57,341 nucleotides of DNA from positions 1 through 57,341 of the IMG/VR virus record IMGVR_UViG_3300020034_000017. The stretch is one strand, 5' to 3'. Made by a program: the position numbers and the translations under genes. The notes beneath the pieces are model-generated. The model was not told the origin of the DNA and did not search any database. It saw nothing but the letters and a program-made list of their open reading frames with translations. Of this stretch, positions 18,198 to 27,269 are shown piece by piece (position 1 is the stretch's first letter; each line of letters opens with the position of its first letter). The stretch is from a virus (taxonomy: Duplodnaviria > Caudoviricetes).

Positions 18198-21100
18198 GCA
18201 GTGTAGACGATAGCATTGTCGAAATGAAGTTTGACAACGTCAAGTTCCAACAGAAGATGGAAGAGACGATTCGAAGCCTCGACAAGCTTCGCGTTAGCCT
18301 TGATTTCGCTGCTGGTCAGAAGAGCATGGGCGATCTCTCCAAGGCAGCCAAGGATTTCAATGTAAATCCTATGGGGACCAGCCTTGAAGATGTCAGCCGA
18401 AAGTTCCTGGCGCTCTCTACCGTGGCTCTCACCGTTCTTTCGCAGATCACTCAAGCAGCGTTCACATCCGGTTTGTCAGTTGTCAAAGCGTTCACATTGG
18501 CTCCGATTACTTCTGGCTTCCAAGAGTTTGAAACGAACATGAACTCGATCCAGACGATCTTGGCTAACACCAAATCTGACGGGTCGAACCTGCGAGACGT
18601 TAACGCGGCTCTTGATGAGATGAATCATTATTCGGACAAGACCATCTACAACTTCTCGCAGATGGCTAGAAACGTCGGTACCTTCACGGCCGCTGGTGTG
18701 AATCTTCAGGATTCAACCAACGCGATCAAGGGCATTGCCAACCTGGCTGCCATTTCTGGTTCAAGTGCAGATCAGGCTTCTACAGCCATGTACCAGCTTT
18801 CTCAGGCCCTTGCTGCAGGCAAGGTGAGCCTCATGGACTGGAACTCGGTGGTCAACGCCGGTATGGGTGGTGAGGTCTTCAAGAAGGCTTTGTTCGAGAC
18901 AGGTAAAGCGATGGGTACCATCACAGATGTTCCTCTTGGTGCCTCGTTTGAGGAGTGGGAGAAGAAGGGTGGTACCTTCCGTGAGCAGATGCAGAAGGGT
19001 TGGATCACCGCCGACGTTCTCAAGACGTCGTTGGGTGCCTTCTCTGGCGAGCTTGATGCATCAGCACTCTCCGCACTTGGCTTCAGTGATGCTGCTGCCC
19101 AGGAGATGGTTGACCTAGGTAAGCTCGGTGTTGCTGCCGCGACTGAGGTCAAGACCTTGACTCAGCTTATCGGCACTGTCAAAGAGGCTGTTGGTTCAGG
19201 TTGGTCAATGACCTTCCGTACGGTTATCGGCGACTTTGCAGAGTCAAAGAAGCTCTTCACCGAGATCAACAATGCCATTGGTGGCTTTGTTTCCAAGTCG
19301 GCAGACGCTCGTAACCAGCTTCTGGCTGAGTGGAAGTTCATGGGTGGGCGTACACTGCTCATCGAAGGACTTAAGAACGCTTTCGGGGCGTTGGGTAACG
19401 TTTTCACAGCGGTCAAGGACGCGTTCCGAAACATTTTCCCCAAGACCACTTCGGCTGAGTTGTTCAGCATGACTGAAAGCTTTGCAAATTTCACTGAGAG
19501 GCTTCGGGAGCTGACTGAGAACTGGATGCCAAAGATCATGCAGGGTTTTCAGGGTTTCTTCTCGGTTATTTCAATTGGCTGGGAGATCATCAAGGGTCTT
19601 GCTCGTGTTATCAAGGCAATCTTTGGAGAAATTGTGGATGCTCTTGGTGGCCCAAGTGCAGGACTCATCTCAAAGGTTGCTGGTGGTCTTAGCGACCTTC
19701 GAAAGACGCTTGTTGTTGATGGAGGCATAAAGGATTTCTTCGATACACTCATTGAAGGTATTAGAAAGCCAGCCGAATTCATCGATAAGCTCGTCGAAGG
19801 AATCGGTGGTCTCATGGATGCCCTTCGTGGCGGCGGTGAGACAGACGCTCTTGACGGTGTAAACGATCGTCTGGGACGTGTAGGTGAAATGGTCAAGTCA
19901 ATTGGTGATGCATGGGACTGGTTGGTCGAGAAGACCGAAGGTGTGCGTCAAGCAATTGGCGATCTTTGGAATTACATCACTCAGTTCTTCCGTGAACTTG
20001 GTGACAGCATGAAGTCCGAGATGAATCAAAATGACTTCGAGGGTGCGTTAGATATTTTCAACGTAGCTTTCCTTGGTGGTATCGCTTTGATGATCCGGAA
20101 TTTCTTCAAGAACGGGTTCGGTAACCTGGGCGGCAACATCATTGAGAAGATCAATGGTATTCTCACCCAGACAACCGGTGTTCTTAAGGCTATGCAGACA
20201 GAGTTGAAGGCTAAGGCTCTAATGGAGATTGCCATCGCGATGGGAGTTTTAACTCTCGCGCTTGTTGGTCTTTCTATGATCAACTCTGCCGATCTCACCA
20301 AAGCGTTGGTAGCTATGTCTGTTGGGTTTGCTCAGCTGATTGGCGCTATGGTAGCCATTGAGAAACTGACATCCATGACCGGTGCATTCAGATTCAGCGT
20401 CGTCGCGGCTGGAATGATCCTTCTGGCAGGAGCTATGGTTATTCTGGCTGCAGCTATGAAGATCATGGCCACGATGAGTTGGAGTGAGCTGGCCAAGGGG
20501 CTTATCGGTGTCGCCGGTGGTTTGGCAATCATGATTACAGGGATCAACCTGTTGACCAGCGACACTTCTGGACTCATCAGAGCCGGTATTTCTATGATCG
20601 CTATTGCGGTAGCTCTTCGTATTCTTGCCAATGCTATGCAAGCGTTTGCAACCATGGGTTGGGAAGAGCTTGCCAAGGGGCTTATCGGCGTTGCCGGTGG
20701 TCTCACAGCGTTGGTTACCGCAATGAATTTCATGCCGGTTGAAGGTATGGTTCAAGCTGGTATTAGCATCATCGCCATCGCGGTTGGTATGCGTATTCTT
20801 GCCAACGCTATGCAAGCGTTTGCAACTATGTCGTGGACAGATATCGCCAAGGGACTAACTGGCGTAGCACTTGGGCTCGGTGCCATCGTTCTAATCACGA
20901 ACACGATGCCCGCTGGCGGAATGATCGCCATTGGTGTCGGACTTATCGCGGTTAGCGCCGCTTTGCTCATCATGGCTCAGGCTGTGAAATCCATGTCCGA
21001 TTTGGACCTTGGGGAGATGGTAAAGGGTATTGGTGGTCTTGCTGCCATGATGCTCATTCTGGTAGTCGCGACAAACGCGATGACGGGGGCTATGGCTGGC

Positions 21101-23065
21101 GCGGCTGCTATGATCATTGTCGCTGGCGCAGTGTTGATCATGTCAAAGGTTCTTCAAGAAATCGGCAGGATGGACATCAAGGAACTGATCATTGGTTTGG
21201 TTGGTCTTGCTGCCGTCTTGGCCCTTCTTGGGGGCGCGGCATATCTTCTGACGCCAGTAATTCCGGCTATGCTTGGTCTAGGTATCGCCATCGGTTTGCT
21301 TGGTGCAGGCTTCGCTTTGTTCGGAGCAGGCGCATATTTGACTATCAAAGCACTCGAGCTTCTAAGCAAGGTCGGTGTTGACGCGATGAAGGTTCTCATC
21401 GAGATGATTGCCATCTTCGTTGCTCGTGCTCCTCTGATTGGCATCGCGATTGCAAGAGTCGTCGTCGCGGCCGCCACAGATCTAGCAGAAGCTGCACCAA
21501 CTCTCATCAAGGCATTGAAGGTCGTCCTTCTTGAGCTGCTCGAAGCAGTAATCGAGTTGGCTCCGAAGATTGGCGAGGCTTTCGGCGCAATCCTTACGGT
21601 GATGTTGGGGCTTCTAGAGGAGTTTGCACCACAGATCATTGAGGCTGGGTTCAATCTTCTCATGGACTTCATGCGTGGAATCCGTGATAACACTCAAGAG
21701 CTAGTGACTGTTGGTGCTGAGATCTTGGTCAATCTCATGCAAGGTCTAGCTGACAAAGCTTCAGATCTTGTCAATGCGGCCGTGGATCTTCTGCAGTCGT
21801 TCCTTGGCGTGATCGGTGAACGAGCTGGCGATGTTGTAGCTGCTGGAATCAAACTGTTGGTTGATTTTCTTGCTGGCGTTGTTCAGAACATCAGTGACGT
21901 TATCACCACAGCTACGGACATTGTCATCGAATTCGTGACCGGCATTGTTCAGAACTTGAGTAAGATCATTTCTGCTGGTGCAAATCTGCTTGTGAAGTTT
22001 CTGTTTGGCGTCACCAGAGACATTCTCAAGGTTGCTGACGCGGTTACCACGATTGTTGTTGCGTTTGTGACAAGAATGGGTGAGAATGCAAACAAGATCA
22101 TCACTGCTGGTGTTGACGCTTTGATCGACTTCCTGTCTGGTATTACAGACAACGCAATCAAGGTTGTCGAGGCTGTGAGCACGATGGTTGCTCAATTCAT
22201 CTATGGCGTTGGTGCAAACGCTAGTAAGATTGTCACAGCGGGTACAGACGCGCTGATCGACTTCCTTAGTGGTGTTCGTAGTAACTCGACCAGGGCAGTC
22301 AATGCAATCGCCACTACAGGGTTGCATGTCATGAACGCCATTGGTAATGCAATCGTGTTCACTGTCGACAAAGCGGCACAGATCCTCTTGGACTTCCTCA
22401 GGAAGCTTAGGACAGCTATCGACAGGCATGCCGAAGAGATTGGCCAAGCAGGCAGACAACTTGCCGGCGCTATCATCAACGGTATCACTGGTGGCCTTGG
22501 TGCCCGAGCAGGCGACGTCGTCAATAAGATCAGAGGCATTGCCGGCGATGCTGTTGGTGGAGCGATGGACTTCCTCGGCATTGGTGGACCGTCCAAGGTC
22601 TTCTGTGAGATTGGTAAGGCTACCATGATGGGTTGGGCTGGTGGTATCGAGTCGAAAGGCAAAGTGCCTGAAAAGAAAGCCCAGATGGTTGCCAGTAATG
22701 TGGTTGACATCTTCCAGAAGTCATTGGGGAAGGCTACCGCCTCGCTCCCTGCTCTGGATGACCTCAATCCGGTGATCACACCAGTCTTGGACCTGTCCAA
22801 AGTACGAAAAGAAGCAACAAACCTGGACAAGATGATGGATGTAGCATCTATCATTCCAGATGTCTCGATTGAACGAGCAAGGGTTCTAGCCTTTGAGTCA
22901 AACGTTCAAAATGGCAGTAGTGATGAGACGCCTGAACCAAATGGACCAGTGGAGAACACATTCATCCAGAACAACTATTCGCCACAGGCACTTTCCACTG
23001 CGGACATTTACCGTCAAACCAAGAGCCAATTCGCTTTGGCAAAGGAGGAACTGGGTGTAGCATGA
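18194..23065 (+). CDS. Tape measure protein
   Basis: About 1620 aa, Ala/Gly/Ile-rich amphipathic repeats, tape-measure N-terminal domain (AMYQLSQALAAG). Confidence 0.95.
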   Translation: MSSVDDSIVEMKFDNVKFQQKMEETIRSLDKLRVSLDFAAGQKSMGDLSKAAKDFNVNPMGTSLEDVSRKFLALSTVALTVLSQITQAAFTSGLSVVKAFTLAPITSGFQEFETNMNSIQTILANTKSDGSNLRDVNAALDEMNHYSDKTIYNFSQMARNVGTFTAAGVNLQDSTNAIKGIANLAAISGSSADQASTAMYQLSQALAAGKVSLMDWNSVVNAGMGGEVFKKALFETGKAMGTITDVPLGASFEEWEKKGGTFREQMQKGWITADVLKTSLGAFSGELDASALSALGFSDAAAQEMVDLGKLGVAAATEVKTLTQLIGTVKEAVGSGWSMTFRTVIGDFAESKKLFTEINNAIGGFVSKSADARNQLLAEWKFMGGRTLLIEGLKNAFGALGNVFTAVKDAFRNIFPKTTSAELFSMTESFANFTERLRELTENWMPKIMQGFQGFFSVISIGWEIIKGLARVIKAIFGEIVDALGGPSAGLISKVAGGLSDLRKTLVVDGGIKDFFDTLIEGIRKPAEFIDKLVEGIGGLMDALRGGGETDALDGVNDRLGRVGEMVKSIGDAWDWLVEKTEGVRQAIGDLWNYITQFFRELGDSMKSEMNQNDFEGALDIFNVAFLGGIALMIRNFFKNGFGNLGGNIIEKINGILTQTTGVLKAMQTELKAKALMEIAIAMGVLTLALVGLSMINSADLTKALVAMSVGFAQLIGAMVAIEKLTSMTGAFRFSVVAAGMILLAGAMVILAAAMKIMATMSWSELAKGLIGVAGGLAIMITGINLLTSDTSGLIRAGISMIAIAVALRILANAMQAFATMGWEELAKGLIGVAGGLTALVTAMNFMPVEGMVQAGISIIAIAVGMRILANAMQAFATMSWTDIAKGLTGVALGLGAIVLITNTMPAGGMIAIGVGLIAVSAALLIMAQAVKSMSDLDLGEMVKGIGGLAAMMLILVVATNAMTGAMAGAAAMIIVAGAVLIMSKVLQEIGRMDIKELIIGLVGLAAVLALLGGAAYLLTPVIPAMLGLGIAIGLLGAGFALFGAGAYLTIKALELLSKVGVDAMKVLIEMIAIFVARAPLIGIAIARVVVAAATDLAEAAPTLIKALKVVLLELLEAVIELAPKIGEAFGAILTVMLGLLEEFAPQIIEAGFNLLMDFMRGIRDNTQELVTVGAEILVNLMQGLADKASDLVNAAVDLLQSFLGVIGERAGDVVAAGIKLLVDFLAGVVQNISDVITTATDIVIEFVTGIVQNLSKIISAGANLLVKFLFGVTRDILKVADAVTTIVVAFVTRMGENANKIITAGVDALIDFLSGITDNAIKVVEAVSTMVAQFIYGVGANASKIVTAGTDALIDFLSGVRSNSTRAVNAIATTGLHVMNAIGNAIVFTVDKAAQILLDFLRKLRTAIDRHAEEIGQAGRQLAGAIINGITGGLGARAGDVVNKIRGIAGDAVGGAMDFLGIGGPSKVFCEIGKATMMGWAGGIESKGKVPEKKAQMVASNVVDIFQKSLGKATASLPALDDLNPVITPVLDLSKVRKEATNLDKMMDVASIIPDVSIERARVLAFESNVQNGSSDETPEPNGPVENTFIQNNYSPQALSTADIYRQTKSQFALAKEELGVA

Positions 23066-23895
23066 GAATCACCAGTGTTGAACTTCACCCCGAAGGTTCC
23101 TCCGCTGTTTGCGAGCTGAGCTTCCGGGATCCTACGAGGCAGAATCCTTACAACGTGAAAGGAATCACCGGCCTAGATGCCGATGAAATCGTTGCAAGGT
23201 CGTATGGACCCGGAAGCTCAGGTTACCGCGAATTGGTCATGGTCAAGCGGGATGTTGCCGCTCTGATCGAGTTGAACCCAGACTACGCAAACGATCAAAC
23301 TCCAGCTACTCTTCGTGACGATCTCTACAGGATGATCGCCTCGTCGAGGAAGGGTTTGATGCATATTTGGTTCAAGGAAGATGAGACCGTTGTCGCTACG
23401 ATCTCCGGTACGGTCAAGAAGCTGGAGGCGTCTCACTTCTCAAAGAGTCCAGAAGTTCAGATCACAATTGAGTGTGATGAACCAGAGCTCAAGGCTCCTG
23501 CTCCGGTGTCACTGAACGTGATTGGGTTGGATCCGACGCTTACCATCATTGAAAACGACCTGTCGACAAAGCAGCATGGCTTCAAGTTCCAGCTTTCCTA
23601 TGACGCGAACGTTGCTTCACTTGTCGTGACGGATCCAGACGATGCTGGTTGGAACTTCACCGTTTCACCAGTTGGTGGTTTCCTCACAAACGATGTTCTT
23701 TGGTTTTCAAGCGAGTACAACGACAAGTATCTGTACATCATGCGTGGAGCAACCAAAATTCAGCTTGCGGATGTGATCACTTCGGGGTCAGTTTGGCCGA
23801 TTCTATTTCCTGGCGAGAACAAGTTCGCTTTGGCTAATGGAGCTAGTGTGGATTGGGATGCCATCTCGTACTACCCGACATACTGGGGGGTATGA
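23062..23895 (+). CDS. Distal tail protein (Dit-like)
   Basis: Directly after the tape measure; WPILFPGEN motif near the C-terminus. Confidence 0.7.
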   Translation: MRITSVELHPEGSSAVCELSFRDPTRQNPYNVKGITGLDADEIVARSYGPGSSGYRELVMVKRDVAALIELNPDYANDQTPATLRDDLYRMIASSRKGLMHIWFKEDETVVATISGTVKKLEASHFSKSPEVQITIECDEPELKAPAPVSLNVIGLDPTLTIIENDLSTKQHGFKFQLSYDANVASLVVTDPDDAGWNFTVSPVGGFLTNDVLWFSSEYNDKYLYIMRGATKIQLADVITSGSVWPILFPGENKFALANGASVDWDAISYYPTYWGV

Positions 23896-23896
23896 C

Positions 23897-25006
23897 ATGG
23901 ATATTTTCAAGTTCACGAACCCTACCGCGCCAACAAAGATGGAACGAGGGGTGATCATCAACGGACTCAAGAGTAAGTTGTGGGTCGAGAGATATCGACA
24001 GGCTGGAGAGTTCAAACTTGTTGGGCCTGTGAGGTTGGGGCTCCAACAGCTGCTTCCAATCGGGGCTTTCGTCTCGCATGTCGACACCAGCGAAGTGATG
24101 ATCGTCGAAGACCACGAGATCAACGAGGATCGCGACAAAGAATCGATGATCTCCATTTCCGGCCGCGGGTTCGAGGCATTCTTCGAGAACCGAGTGGTTG
24201 GAAGCAACAAGACCCTTCCGTTCAACACGGGCGTTACCGATTACACATTGACTGCCGGTTATCTCTGGATCCAAGCCCGTGATCTCATTCAGAACCACGT
24301 CTTGGCTTCTCTACTGATTGATGACGACAACGAGATTCCGTATTTACAGGTCATCGCGCAAGCGGCGACCTCCGGGACCTCGATTCAGAGATCAGTACAG
24401 CAAGGGGAGCTATATTCTCGGCTCATGGAGCTTCTAGAGATCGAGGATTTGGGAATTCGGGTCTTTCGGCCTGGTCCTCTGAATCCAGCCGGTTCTTCAA
24501 GTGTGGATATGTCCGTTGTCATCCACAAGGGCATTGACAGAAGCGCTTCGCTGGTGTTCTCCTATGACTCTGGAGAGGTCGAGAGTGCTGACTACCTCTG
24601 GAGCAGTAGACTACTGAAGAACTGCGCTCTTGTTTCTGGAAAGTGGATCCAGGTGCTTGTGGACCATGCAGCAGTAGGTATGGCTCGTAGAATGCTGTTC
24701 GTCGACGCTAATGACATCGACAACACATATTCTGTTGCGCCTACTGGCGGAGATTTGACCAATGTTCAGAACGCTATGCAGCAGCGTGGTATTCTAGCGC
24801 TTGCTGGTCAGAAAAGTGTTGATATCACCAAGATCGACGTCTCAAAGAAAGCAGGAAGAGCGGTATATCGTCGCGACTACCAAGTTGGCGACACAATCAT
24901 GGTTGACGGCGATTACAATGCGACCTCGAAGAGGGTTGTCAGCGAATACGTCGAGATCGAAGATGAAAACGGTGCAAGTGGTTATCCTACACTTGCGCCC
25001 ATCTAG
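23897..25006 (+). CDS. Minor tail (baseplate hub/Tal-like) protein
   Basis: WVERYRQAGEF.. and YRRDYQVGD motifs typical of Pepy6 gp37-like proteins. Confidence 0.75.
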   Translation: MDIFKFTNPTAPTKMERGVIINGLKSKLWVERYRQAGEFKLVGPVRLGLQQLLPIGAFVSHVDTSEVMIVEDHEINEDRDKESMISISGRGFEAFFENRVVGSNKTLPFNTGVTDYTLTAGYLWIQARDLIQNHVLASLLIDDDNEIPYLQVIAQAATSGTSIQRSVQQGELYSRLMELLEIEDLGIRVFRPGPLNPAGSSSVDMSVVIHKGIDRSASLVFSYDSGEVESADYLWSSRLLKNCALVSGKWIQVLVDHAAVGMARRMLFVDANDIDNTYSVAPTGGDLTNVQNAMQQRGILALAGQKSVDITKIDVSKKAGRAVYRRDYQVGDTIMVDGDYNATSKRVVSEYVEIEDENGASGYPTLAPI

Positions 25007-25018
25007 AAAAGAGAGAAC

Positions 25019-25387
25019 ATGTTCGTACTAAGTCAAAAAGCGTATAACTTCCTGAAGAACTTGGTTCAGCTGATTCTTCCTGGTCTGGGAACTCTATATG
25101 TCAGTCTTGCTGGTATTTGGGGTATTCCATCCGCCGAGAAGGTATCTGCCAGTCTGGCAGCTGTTGCGCTGTTCTTGGGCATCGTCCTGAAGATCAGTGC
25201 GGCCACATTCGAGAAACTGGGCCTAGCCTTCGACGGCGAGATGATCGTTGAAGAGGGTGAAGACGGAGCAACCATCCGTTTGGCTCTCAACGAGGACTCG
25301 GATGCACTTCTGCTCAAAGACAGCGTTTCGTTCCGTAAAGTGGTCCACCGCGACCGACCTCTAGAGGCTGCCCCACCCCAAGGGTGA
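25019..25387 (+). CDS. Holin (Dp-1-like)
   Basis: LSQKAYNFLK..QLILPGLGTLY..LAGIWGIP with two TMs. Confidence 0.75.
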   Translation: MFVLSQKAYNFLKNLVQLILPGLGTLYVSLAGIWGIPSAEKVSASLAAVALFLGIVLKISAATFEKLGLAFDGEMIVEEGEDGATIRLALNEDSDALLLKDSVSFRKVVHRDRPLEAAPPQG

Positions 25388-25388
25388 A

Positions 25389-25413
25389 CGCAGACTATAC
25401 GTCGTGTATAACG
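25389..25413 (+). promoter_or_regulatory. Repeated motif, candidate phage promoter, copy 1 (variant)
   Basis: CGCA-GACTA-TACG-TCGTG-TATAAC-G. Confidence 0.6.
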
Positions 25414-25434
25414 GAGACTACAGAAAGGATGGAA

Positions 25435-25731
25435 ATGCTGAATTTTTCCTGGAACAAAGAACCGGAAAAGCACATTGACAAGGAAATCACTGCTGTCACG
25501 CGGAAGATGCATGATGAAGGAGTAGATTCGGAGAAGTACCCCACGCTGTTGCGCTATCTGGAGCGTCTACACGAGCTGAAGAAGAAGAACAAGCTTCCGC
25601 CCGTTAGCCGCGACACACTCGCAATTGTCGTCGGGAACTTCCTGATCGCACTCGCCATCATCGCATATGAGCAAAAGCATGTGATGACCACGAAGGTGCC
25701 GATCCCGTTCACCAGAACAGGGAAGACCTAG
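25435..25731 (+). CDS. Small membrane-associated protein
   Basis: RBS GAAAGGA; VSRDTLAIVVGNFLIALAIIAYEQ. Confidence 0.7.
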   Translation: MLNFSWNKEPEKHIDKEITAVTRKMHDEGVDSEKYPTLLRYLERLHELKKKNKLPPVSRDTLAIVVGNFLIALAIIAYEQKHVMTTKVPIPFTRTGKT

Positions 25732-25752
25732 TACGACCACCAGAAGTAGATG

Positions 25753-25807
25753 AAAGCATAGAAGCCGTGTGATATTCGAGAGAGTATTACATGGCTTCTA
25801 TGCTTTT
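25753..25807. terminator. Long (about 25 bp) hairpin, likely terminator closing the structural region
   Basis: AAAGCATAGAAGCCGTGTGATATTC-GAGA-GAGTATTACATGGCTTCTATGCTTTT. Confidence 0.8.
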
Positions 25808-26024
25808 CTGGCTGAAAACGCAATTTTCACGACGATTGGTCTTTTTTCTCCTCTGAAAATCCCCGGGGGGAAATTTTCGTGCAACTTTTTGAAAAAACAC
25901 CCAGCTAGATTCCTCTGTAATCGATTTGGTGATCCATTCATGAGTGTTGATCCCCGAAAGTTGCTCAAACAGCTTAGAACGCATTCTAGAGGGGTATCCG
26001 CTGATTTAACGGTTATTTCGCACG

Positions 26025-26049
26025 CGCAAATTCTACATGTTGTATTATG
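26025..26049 (+). promoter_or_regulatory. Candidate phage promoter, copy 2
   Basis: CGCA-AATTC-TACA-TGTTG-TATTAT-G. Confidence 0.75.
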
Positions 26050-26079
26050 GAACAAGACCGTCAATCAAAGGAGCCAACA

Positions 26080-26256
26080 ATGGAGACCCCCGAGACCAAC
26101 GAGCAGGACCAGACCAACTCGAACACCTCTGCGTTCGTCAGTGGCATCGCCTTCGTGGCGATCGTCGCTGTCAGCGTGGTGGGGTTCAGGAAGGTCCGGA
26201 ACAAGCTCGCTGCCCGGAAGGCCAGCCAGACGTTCACCCCAGTGACCGCCGAGTAA
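26080..26256 (+). CDS. Small single-TM protein (cassette gene)
   Basis: RBS AAAGGAG; AFVSGIAFVAIVAVSVVGF followed by basic residues. Confidence 0.75.
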   Translation: METPETNEQDQTNSNTSAFVSGIAFVAIVAVSVVGFRKVRNKLAARKASQTFTPVTAE

Positions 26257-26262
26257 TGATCC

Positions 26263-26294
26263 AAAGTGAGAGTGCCCACAAGCATTCTCATTTT
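26263..26294 (+). terminator. Repeated terminator hairpin, copy A
   Basis: AAAGTGAGAGTGC-CCACAA-GCATTCTCATTTT. Confidence 0.75.
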
Positions 26295-26298
26295 CTCA

Positions 26299-26323
26299 CG
26301 CAAGTTCTACACGCTCTATTATG
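26299..26323 (+). promoter_or_regulatory. Candidate phage promoter, copy 3
   Basis: CGCA-AGTTC-TACA-CGCTC-TATTAT-G. Confidence 0.75.
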
Positions 26324-26354
26324 AGGAATACCCCTCTACAACCAAGGAGCAATC

Positions 26355-26513
26355 ATGAGTGAAGTCCACGACATCACCGAGACGATCCGGGGCCGCGCCA
26401 CCAAGAGCCGCATCCGCAAGGCAATCGCCTTCGCAGGTGCCGCCCTCGTGGGCGCTGCTGCCCTGGCCGTCGTCGCGAAGAAGTCGACCAACTCGGATAC
26501 CCCCGAGCAGTAG
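26355..26513 (+). CDS. Small single-TM protein (52 aa, cassette gene)
   Basis: RBS AAGGAG; MSEVHDITETIRGRATKSRIRKAIAFAGAALVGAAALAVVAKK... Confidence 0.75.
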   Translation: MSEVHDITETIRGRATKSRIRKAIAFAGAALVGAAALAVVAKKSTNSDTPEQ

Positions 26514-26527
26514 AAGAGCAATCCCCC

Positions 26528-26557
26528 AAAGTGAGAGTCCGCAAGGATTCTCATTTT
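26528..26557 (+). terminator. Repeated terminator hairpin, copy B
   Basis: AAAGTGAGAGTCC-GCAA-GGATTCTCATTTT; compensatory base-pair change relative to the other copies. Confidence 0.75.
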
Positions 26558-26561
26558 CTCT

Positions 26562-26586
26562 CGCATCTTTTACATGGTTTGTTATG
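26562..26586 (+). promoter_or_regulatory. Candidate phage promoter, copy 4
   Basis: CGCA-TCTTT-TACA-TGGTT-TGTTAT-G. Confidence 0.75.
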
Positions 26587-26609
26587 GAACCACTACAAAG
26601 GAGATTCTA

Positions 26610-26726
26610 ATGGCAAAGAGGAAGAAGTACAGGATCCGGAGCTTTCTGTTCGACATCATCATGGTGTGCGCAACAGGAGGCCTCTGGCTTATCTGGATTT
26701 TCTGCCGCGAGTCAAGGAACAAGTAG
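26610..26726 (+). CDS. Small membrane peptide (38 aa, cassette gene)
   Basis: RBS AAAGGAG; MAKRKKYRIRSFLFDIIMVCATGGLWLIWIFCRESRNK. Confidence 0.75.
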   Translation: MAKRKKYRIRSFLFDIIMVCATGGLWLIWIFCRESRNK

Positions 26727-26735
26727 AAGTGATCC

Positions 26736-26765
26736 AAAGTGAGAGTGCGCAAGCATTCTCATTTT
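26736..26765 (+). terminator. Repeated terminator hairpin, copy C
   Basis: AAAGTGAGAGTGC-GCAA-GCATTCTCATTTT. Confidence 0.75.
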
Positions 26766-26767
26766 CA

Positions 26768-26792
26768 CGCAGAAAATACATGCACTGTAATG
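26768..26792 (+). promoter_or_regulatory. Candidate phage promoter, copy 5
   Basis: CGCA-GAAAA-TACA-TGCAC-TGTAAT-G. Confidence 0.75.
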
Positions 26793-26851
26793 AGAAGAAG
26801 ATCTGTCTGTATAGACAGCGCTTCTCTTTTTGTCTCATATTTGGAGGACTA

Positions 26852-27094
26852 ATGACAAACGCACAAAAAGAAGAGCTAGCACAAGAAGCCGTCGAGATGT
26901 ACAAGGATGGGATCTCGATTCATATTCCGAAGAAGGTTGCCGTCGGTCTCTTCGGAGCTGTTATCGCCGCCAACGTCGCGACCGTGTTCGTGATGCAGGC
27001 AATGGTTATCGTGGCGAAGCGATTCAAGAAGGATGAAGACGATGCGGACGTTGTGGTGGTCCAAACACAACGTGATGGAAATACTAAGGAGTAA
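26852..27094 (+). CDS. Small single-TM protein
   Basis: RBS TTGGAGGA; VAVGLFGAVIAANVATVFVMQAMVIVA. Confidence 0.7.
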   Translation: MTNAQKEELAQEAVEMYKDGISIHIPKKVAVGLFGAVIAANVATVFVMQAMVIVAKRFKKDEDDADVVVVQTQRDGNTKE

Positions 27095-27119
27095 CGCAGG
27101 ATCTACATCCACTGTAATG
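27095..27119 (+). promoter_or_regulatory. Candidate phage promoter, copy 6
   Basis: CGCA-GGATC-TACA-TCCAC-TGTAAT-G. Confidence 0.75.
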
Positions 27120-27238
27120 AGAAGAGGACGAGACACGCAGGTGTAGCACCAACAAACCAAAAGTTGCTACCCGTCCGGTGCGATCGAGAGATCGCTAATC
27201 ACGGTTTGCGCTGGGCTGTGAACCCTAGACTTCTCATT
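27116..27238 (+). ncRNA. Candidate small structured RNA or leader (about 120 nt)
   Basis: Closing helix AATGAGAAG/CTTCTCATT, internal GCGATC-GAGA-GATCGC hairpin, U-rich tail, no ORF. Confidence 0.55.
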
Positions 27239-27269
27239 TCATTTTGTCTGATGAAAGGACGGAAGCCCG

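Noticed and set aside
20440-20870. Near-identical 156-bp-period repeats
   Set aside because: Ordinary tape-measure protein repeats (MQAFATM.W.ELAKGL), not a separate element.
25769-26245. 158-aa ORF spanning the terminator and promoter gap (also ORF extensions starting at 26531, 46363 and 46790)
   Set aside because: These run through regulatory hairpins and promoter motifs without an RBS; the shorter RBS-led genes explain the coding signal.
26263-26792. Regularly spaced hairpin repeats as a CRISPR array
   Set aside because: Spacers are about 180-235 bp and contain RBS-led ORFs, repeats vary in the loop, and there is no cas operon (the Cas4-like nuclease is a common phage exonuclease).
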